In this document: positions 56,601 through 64,000 of the stretch, one piece after another
How positions within the stretch are numbered: the stretch's first letter is position 1
How the letters are laid out: each line of letters opens with the position of its first letter
Assembly (NCBI GenBank): GCA_963813535.1
Contig: CAWEZH010000002.1
Coordinates: forward strand, 1,376,001-1,440,000
Length of the DNA stretch: 64,000 nt
Source of the DNA: an uncultured Chloroflexia bacterium
GTDB taxonomy: Bacteria > Chloroflexota > Limnocylindria > Limnocylindrales > CSP1-4
Reading direction: 5' to 3'
The notes under the pieces: model-generated
What the model was told of the DNA's origin: nothing
Databases searched by the model: none
Seen by the model: only the letters and a program-made list of their open reading frames with translations
Made by a program: the position numbers and the translations under genes

Positions 56601-59600
56601 CAGGCGGGGGCCCGCCGGCCGATGGCCGCAGGGCGATGGCTTGCGCCACGTTGCCCGACGAGGCCGTCGCCATGGCCGAGACCGCGCCGGTCGCGCCCGC
56701 CGTCGGTCGCGAGACGTCGGCCGACTCCAACGAGGTGAACTGCGATGGCGAGGTCCCGACCAGGTCAGCGCGTTCGACGAAGCCCGCCGGTGGCGTCCAG
56801 GTCGAGCTGGACATGTTGGCGAAGAACGCCACCAGTCGCGTGTTGTTCACCGTCGTCGTGATCGACGGTGCGGTCGCAGACGCCGACGTGGTAGCCGCGG
56901 CCTGACCGCCGGAGGCGTCGATGGGCGTCGTCGTGTTGACCCCGCTGTACGCATGGATCGCGCCGGCGGCAAGGCGGGCGGCGGAGAAGGTCCACGTCCA
57001 TGTGGCTGGGTCGGAGACCGTCGCCAGGCGCCAGTACGAGTGCATCCGCAGGCTGGAGGTGTAGGTGTCGGTGCGGATGAGCGTCCAGCCGGCAGGTGCC
57101 GTCACGGTCGAGGTGCCCCGCACGCTCAGCGATGCCAGCATGACGTCGCCCGCGACCGTGCCCGCCGGACGGTTCAGGGTGATGCTCGTGGTCGATGCGT
57201 TGTTGGAGCCGGAGCTGAAGGCGCGCAGCGCAGGTACGGCGCCCTCGGCCACATCGCTGACCGCCCAGCTGAAGGTGTCGGTGGCATCGACCGTGGCACC
57301 GTCGCGCACGGTGACCGACACGGCGTACGGGCTGCCCGCGGCGGCGGTGGACGAGATGGTGCCGGTGATCAGCCCGGTCGTCGTGTTGATCGACAAGCCC
57401 GGCGGCAGGTTGGTCGCGGCGTAGGTCAGGGTGTCGCCGTCGGGGTCGGTGGCGCCCGCGTCGAGGTTGATGACCGCGCCCTCGGCATGGCTCTGGTCGG
57501 GCACGTCCTGGTCGAACGTCGGCTCGCGGTTGACGTTGGTCACGGTCCACTGGAACGTGTCGGTCGCGTCGACCGTGGCCCCGTCACGGACGGTCACCGA
57601 CACGTTGTACGGGGTGGCCGAGGCGGTGAACGCGATGGTCCCCGTGATGAGCCCGGTGGTGGTGCTGATCGAGAGGCCCGGCGGCAGGTTGGTGGCGGCA
57701 TAGGTCAGGGCGTCGCCGTCGGGATCGGTGGCGCCCGCGTCGAGGTTGACGAGGGTGCCCTCGGGGTCGGTCCGGTTGAGCACGTCCTGGTCGAACGTCG
57801 GCTCGCGGTTGAGGTTGGTCACGGTCCACGTGAACGTGTCGGTCGCGTCGGCCGTCGGCGGGCTGTCGCTCACCGTGATGCTGACGGCATACGGGCTGCC
57901 GGCCGCGGCGGTGAACGCGATGGTGCCGGTGATGAGCCCGGTGGTGGTGTTGATCGAGAGGCCCGGCGGCAGGTTGGTGGCGGCATAGGTCAGGGTGTCG
58001 CCGTCGGGGTCGGTGGCGCCCGCGTCGAGGTTGACGAGGGTGCCCTCGGGGTCGGTCCGGTTGCCCAGGTTCTGGTCGAAGGTCGGGTTGCCGTTGACGT
58101 TGCTGACCGCCCAGCTGAAGGTGTCGGTGGCATCGACCGTGGCACCGTCGCGCACGGTGACCGACACGGCGTACGGGCTGCCCGCGGCGGCGGTGGACGA
58201 GATGGTGCCGGTGATCAGCCCGGTCGTCGTGTTGATCGACAAGCCCGGCGGCAGGTTGGTCGCGGCGTAGGTCAGGGTGTCGCCGTCGGGGTCGGTGGCG
58301 CCCGCGTCGAGGTTGATGACCGCGCCCTCGGCATGGCTCTGGTCGGGCACGTCCTGGTCGAACGTCGGCTCGCGGTTGACGTTGGTCACGGTCCACTGGA
58401 ACGTGTCGGTCGCGTCGACCGTGGCCCCGTCACGGACGGTCACCGACACGTTGTACGGGGTGGCCGAGGCGGTGAACGCGATGGTCCCCGTGATGAGCCC
58501 GGTGGTGGTGCTGATCGAGAGGCCCGGCGGCAGGTTGGTGGCGGCATAGGTCAGGGCGTCGCCGTCGGGATCGGTGGCGCCCGCGTCGAGGTTGACGAGG
58601 GTGCCCTCGGGGTCGGTCCGGTTGAGCACGTCCTGGTCGAACGTCGGCTCGCGGTTGAGGTTGGTCACGGTCCACGTGAACGTGTCGGTCGCGTCGGCCG
58701 TCGGCGGGCTGTCGCTCACCGTGATGCTGACGGCATACGGGCTGCCGGCCGCGGCGGTGAACGCGATGGTGCCGGTGATGAGCCCGGTGGTGGTGTTGAT
58801 CGAGAGGCCCGGCGGCAGGTTGGTGGCGGCATAGGTCAGGGTGTCGCCGTCGGGGTCGGTGCGCACCGCGTCGAGGTTGACGAGCGTGCCCTCGGGGTCG
58901 GTCCGGTTGCCCAGGTTCTGGTCGAAGGTCGGGTTGCCGTTGACGTTGCTGACCGCCCAGCTGAAGGTGTCGGTGGCATCGACCGTGGCACCGTCGCGCA
59001 CGGTGACCGACACGGCGTACGGGCTGCCCGCGGCGGCGGTGGACGAGATGGTGCCGGTGATCAGCCCGGTCGTCGTGTTGATCGACAGGCCCGGCGGCAG
59101 GTTGGTCGCGGCGTAGGTCAGGGTGTCGCCGTCGAGATCGGTGGCGCCCGCGTCGAGGTTGATGACCGCGCCCTCGGCATGGCTCTGGTCGGGCACGTCC
59201 TGGTCGAACGTCGGCTCGCGGTTGACGTTGGTCACGGTCCACTGGAAGGTCGACGGGACCGGCGGGTTGAACGGATCGTCCGCGGTGACCGTGACGTTGT
59301 ATGGGCTGCCCGCGGCCGCGGTGAACGCGATCGTGCCGGTGATGTGACCGGTGGTCGGGTTCATCGTGAGTCCGGCCGGAAGCCCGCTCGCGCCGTACGT
59401 GAGCGTGTCGTTCTCTGGGTCGGTCGCCGTGACCGTCAGGTCGATGACGTTGCCTTCGGCGTTGGTCTGGTTCGGCACGGCGGTCACGATCGGCGGGTTG
59501 TTGCTCGGGCCGCTCGCGGTCGTGAACGTCCAGGTCGGGCTGGTGCGGTCCGCGATGCCGTCGCTCGTCACGGCGTACCACTCGTAGCCCGTGGCTGGCG

Positions 59601-62600
59601 CTCGGCCCGGCCAGGGCATCGAGGCGGTGGAGCCGGAGGTGGTCTCCACCGTCCCGATGAGGTCGAAGCCGGCCAGCGCGGTCATGTCGTACGCCAGGTC
59701 GAACCGGCTGGTCGCGTCGTTCTCGAACGTGCTGAGCTTGGGTGAGTACGTGTACGCCTCGATCGTGTTCAGGCTCGGCCGGAACGTGTAGTAGCGCAAC
59801 CAGCCGTCGCCGCCGTTGGCGCGGCTCTGGTAGTCCGTCAGGACCTGGTGGACCGGCTGCCCGCACGAGTTCGTCGACGTCAGCCGACCCTCGCCCGGGT
59901 AGTGACCGTTGACGACCATGAAGACGTTGCAGTTCGGCGCGACGAGCTGTGTCCAGACCTGAGCGGCAGATAGGCCGTCGGATCGCGTCGTGACACGCGA
60001 TGAAGGGCGCGCATTCGACGTGTTCACGAACGCATGGGTGCTCAGGATCACCTGGCGATCCGGGTAGCGATCGATGATCTCGTCGGCCCACTGCACGGCG
60101 TAGGTCGGCATGTCGATCTCGAGGTGGATGATCAGGAAGTCGATGCCGCCGGCGGTGAAGAGCTCGTAGTTGTCCTTGTTCAGGCGCTGGACCTGGCCGG
60201 CTTCCTCGCCGAGCCAGCCGCCGTACCACGGATTGACGGGCAGGTTGTAGCGCCCAGGCGGGAAGTACTCATCCCACAGGTCGGACGTGACGGCGCCGGG
60301 GTTGCTCATGTCGTGGTTGCCCGGGGCGAGGTTGTTCGGGATGCCGGCGTTGTCGAGGGTGTCCATGGCCGCGTCGGCGCGGTCGAACTCCTGGCGGACC
60401 GTGTCGAAGTGCTCGGTGATGTCACCGAGCTGGCTCACGAAGACGATGTTGAGGTCGTCTTCGTTGTTGACGATCCACTGGGTCTGCTGGTTGAACGTCA
60501 TGAAGTCGGCGTCGCTATCGACGTAGTGCTGCGTGTCGGGGATCACGGCGATCGTGAAGTCCTCGGCCGCTGAGGAACCGGCGGTCCGCCCATAGAAGGA
60601 CGTCGTCAGCGTTCCACCGTTCGGGTCGCTCACACCGACCTGCAACGTGGGGTTGACGGACACCCCGGTCGCGCCGTTGGTGGGCGCGACGTTGGTCGGG
60701 ACATTCGGTGGCGTGTTGGCGGTCGAGACGAACGGCGTGCCCGTCACGAACAGCGGTCCGTTCGTCAGCGTGCCGTTGACCGTGGTCCCGGCGGAGCTGG
60801 CGATGGTCCCGCCCGCGCCCTCGTCCATGCTCCAGCGGGCGACCATGCCGGGCGCCGACGCGAGCGGTCCGGTCATCGCGGCCTGGATCTGCGCCTCGGA
60901 CCGGATCGTGTTCCAGATGCGGGCCTCGTCCATGATGCCGTTGAAGGCGCCGACCGGCGTCCCGCCCGAGTTCATGGCCGTGCCCAGGCCGGCGTCCTGC
61001 GTGCTGTCGGCGCGGAGCGGCTGGCCGACGTTGACCGGTGTCATGTCGAGCACGCCGTTGACGTAGATGCGCCACGTGCCGTTGTACGTCACGGCCGCGT
61101 GGTACCAGACCCCGTTCTGGATCACGGTGTCGCCCGACACAGGGTGGTTCAGGCCCGGCGTCCCACCCCCGGCACCTTCCTCGAAATCGGCCACGAGCTT
61201 GCCGCTCGTAGCGTCGATGCCGAGGAAGTAGTTCATGTCGGCGGCCGTGCCATCGGCTTCGTTGCGGCCCTTGGTGATCAGCGGGATGGCGGCGGCCAGT
61301 CCGCCGGCGCCCGTCTGCGTCGCGACGCCGGCGCCATCGCGGCGGAACCACGTCTCCAGGGTGAATTGCGACAGGCCAAGCGTCGCGCTGTCCCCGAACG
61401 TCACGTAGTCGTTGGCTCCGTCGAAGTCGAGGCCGAAGTTCGGCGCAGGACCCGGATCGATCACGGTGACCGTGATCTCATCGAAGATCGTGTTCGCGCC
61501 ATCGGCGGCCGTGAGCCGGAAGACATAGTCGCCCGGCCCGCTGCCGGTGAACGAGACGGACGTCGACTGCGAGTTCGGGTTGGCGATCGCCGCCGAGTCG
61601 GGCCCTGAGATCTGCGACCACGTGGTCGTGAGGGCCGACGGCAGGCCGTCGTCGAGCGCCAGGCCATCGAGCAGCGCGCTCGAGGGCAGGGTGACGTTCT
61701 GGTTCGGCCCGGCACTGACGGTCGGGATATCGAAGGGCGCCCCGGCCGGCCAGCTCGTGCCGGTACCCGTGATCGTGCCGTCGGCGTCGGGTGCGACACC
61801 GTCGTCGACATTGGTGCCGGTCCCCTCGCCCATCGACCATCGGGCGACGAGCCCTGTCGTCGAAGCAGGGAGCTGGTGGACCCCGGACTGGATCTGCGAA
61901 AGGTTGCGCGCGCCTGTCCAGACCCGTGTCTCATCGATCACGCCCTGGAACCGTGCCGTGTTGCCGGGCGCGCCGGTCGTGGTCAACATCACGCCGAGGC
62001 CAGCGTGCTGCGCCGTATCCGAGCGCGGCGTTGCGCTCTCGAGCTCGGTCGCCTCGAGCCGGCCGTTCAGGTAGAGACGCCATGTCGAGCCGTCATACGT
62101 CGCGGCCGCGTGGTACCAGACACCGTTCACGAGCGTCGTGGTCCCGGAGATCGGATGGTTGGCGCCGGACGCGGTGTCCTCGAAGTCAGCGGCAAGGACG
62201 TCGGTGGCGTCGTTGATCCCGAGGAGCCAGTTGGCATCCACGGTGCCACCCTCGGTCTGTGGGCCGCCATGCGTGACGAGCGGGATGAATGACGCGATGC
62301 CGCCGGTGCCCGTCTCGTTGGCGACCCCGGCACCCGTCCGCTTGAACCAGGTCTCGATCGTGAACGTCGACAGGTCGAGCTTTGCCGGATCGCCGAACGT
62401 GACGTATGCGCCGCTGGACCCGAGGTCGAGGCCGGTCGGCTGTTGGGGCGCACCTGCAGGCGTCGCGGTGACCTGGTTCGACGCGGTCGACTGGTTGGTG
62501 GAGTCGTCGACCGCCGTGACGACGTAGAAGTAGGCCGTGCCGTTGGTGACGCTGTTGTCGACGAATGCCGGCGACGCCACGAGCGTCCCGCCGTTGAGGG

Positions 62601-64000
62601 GCGAGGTGAGTGCCACCGGGCTCGTCGTGCTGCGATAGACGTTGTAGCCGGCCAGGTCGGGTTCGCCGTTCGCGGTCCACGTCAACCCGACGGTCCCGTC
62701 ACCCGGTGTCGCGATGAGACCCGTCGGCGCAGCCGGCGGCGTGGTGTCGAACGAGATGTCGAACGGAGCACCGGTGACGCGTGACGAGCCGCTTCCGATG
62801 ATCGAGCCGTTGGCGAGCGGCGCGATCGAGTCGCCGACAGTCGTACCCGCGGGTTCGCTCATGCCCCAGCGGGCCATCAGGTTCGTGCCGCTCGTGGGCT
62901 CGGCGTTGATCGTCGAGCGGATCTGGGCGAGGCTTCGAGCCCCGCTCCAGACGCGTGCTCTCGTCGAGGACACCCTGGAAGCGGGCGGTGTTGCCGGGAT
63001 TGCCGTTCGACATGAGCATCACGCCCAGCCCGGCGTCTTGCGTGGTGTCCGACCGAGGCGTGAAGGCGCCTTCGACCTCGGTCACCTCGAGCTGGCCGTC
63101 CAGGTACAGCCGCCAGGTCGTGCCGTCATACGTCGCGGCCGCGTGGTGCCAGACATCGTTGGCGATCGGCGTCGTGCCCGAGACCGGGTGATTCAGCCCG
63201 GTGGCGGTGTCTTCGAAGTCGGCAGCCAGGACGTCCGTCGCGTCGTTGATGCCCAGGAGCCAGTTCGCATCGACGTTCGAGCCGTCGGACTCGGGACCGC
63301 CGTGGGTGACGAGCGGGATGAATTGCGCGATGCCGCTCGTTCCGGTGGAGTTCGCGACGCCCGCGCCAGTCCGCTTGAACCAGGTCTCGATCGTGAAGGT
63401 CGACAGGTCCAGCTTTGCCGGATCGCCGAACGTGACATAGGAGCCGCCGGTCCCGAGGTCAAGGCCGTTCGCACCCGGCGTGGGCGCCCCGTGCGTTGTC
63501 CCACTGCCCGAATCGGTGAATGTCGCTCCGGCGACCGGGAAGAACTTCCACTCGTAGCTCGTCGGATGGAGGACGAGCCGCGTGACCCCGTAGGTGTCGT
63601 CGTTGAGAGCGATGCTCGTCGGCCTCTGGGTACCGGCCGCGTGGTGTTCTGCGCCGCCCGTACCGACCGTCATGTGCCGGATGCCGAAGGCCGGGTCGAA
63701 GTTGCCGTCGGGATCGAGCGGCTGGAAGACCTCGTAGATGTGGTCGTGACCGACCAATCCGATGTCCACGCCTGCCGCGTAGAGGGTGGTCACCAGATCG
63801 GACATCGCGACCAGATTGGTCGAGCCCGAGCTGAACCGTGGCTTGTGCCACACGGCGATCACGTTCTTGGAGGCGTTCGCGGCGAGGTCGGCCACCAGCC
63901 AGTCGTGCTGGTCGGATCCTGCGGCGCACCCGCCGCCCGGGACATTGGCGCACTCGGAGTCGAGGTTCACGACGTGCCAATCCGCGTCGAGGTCGTAGCT
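53605..64000 (-). CDS. Giant extracellular protein (5'-truncated, at least ~3460 aa): metallophosphoesterase, LamG, FN3, LamG, PKD-like, LamG, second metallophosphoesterase, 14 He_PIG/Ig-like repeats and 3 unknown ~200-aa domains; frameshift near 62959
   Basis: ORFs 62699-63970 and 53605-62973 join into VLDEARVWSGAR if one base is removed near 62959 (LamG2 has VIDETRVWTGAR). MPP motifs WHKP/GHDH and DTQH/GDI/GNHD/NGH. Repeated LPPGLSINTTTGLITGT. Confidence 0.9.
57256..59247 (-). repeat. Near-perfect intragenic tandem repeat, 846-bp unit (3 Ig domains), about 2.35 copies
   Basis: The same sequence recurs at 57256, 58102 and 58948 (offset 846). Identity ends at 58401/59247. Confidence 0.93.

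Noticed and set aside
57256-59247. Possible CRISPR array or DGR template/variable repeat pair
   Set aside because: The unit is 846 bp, in-frame and coding. There are no spacers, cas genes or reverse transcriptase, and I saw no adenine-specific mismatch pattern.
55165-59745. 1526-aa plus-strand ORF and many short repeated ORFs
   Set aside because: They are antisense shadows of the repetitive, GC3-biased giant gene, Arg/Gly-rich with no independent motifs.
1-64000. tRNA, rRNA, prophage or anti-phage defence genes
   Set aside because: I recognised none by eye. Intergenic gaps are short, and nearly all ORFs have housekeeping or metabolic assignments.

Overview
A high-GC (about 70% by eye), gene-dense bacterial chromosome segment. 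Gene style suggests Chloroflexota or a related soil monoderm, but that is inference only. I saw no rRNA, tRNA, CRISPR array or mobile element. Roughly 6-31 kb is a phosphate-homeostasis super-cluster: ppk1, CYTH-CHAD, ppx, a basic KP-rich protein, an atypical PhoB-like regulator, pstSCAB-phoU-arsC-sixA, arsR/arsM, a PhoR-like kinase with EEP, GDPD and FAD-oxidase genes, Pit with DUF47, and a PhoB-like regulator. Five promoter regions there carry GTT(A/C/G)AC hexamers in 11-bp phase (putative Pho boxes). Housekeeping genes include proS, gltX and upp. Roughly 37-51 kb is a reductive pyrimidine-catabolism cluster (NMT1-type ABC transporter, class III aminotransferase, beta-ureidopropionase, dihydropyrimidinase). 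It has an F420-type LLM oxidoreductase but no recognisable PreT/PreA dehydrogenase. An RsbW/STAS/PP2C module follows. The last 10.4 kb encode a protein of at least about 3460 aa with two different metallophosphoesterase domains, three LamG domains, 14 Ig-like repeats and three copies of an unrecognised ~200-aa domain. The most notable oddities are a catalytically degenerate DNA-ligase domain with an Hda-type clamp-binding motif, a pseudo-receiver PhoB paralogue, an AlgP-like candidate polyP-granule protein, and the F420-type enzyme possibly replacing dihydropyrimidine dehydrogenase. Two single-base frameshifts look like sequencing errors.
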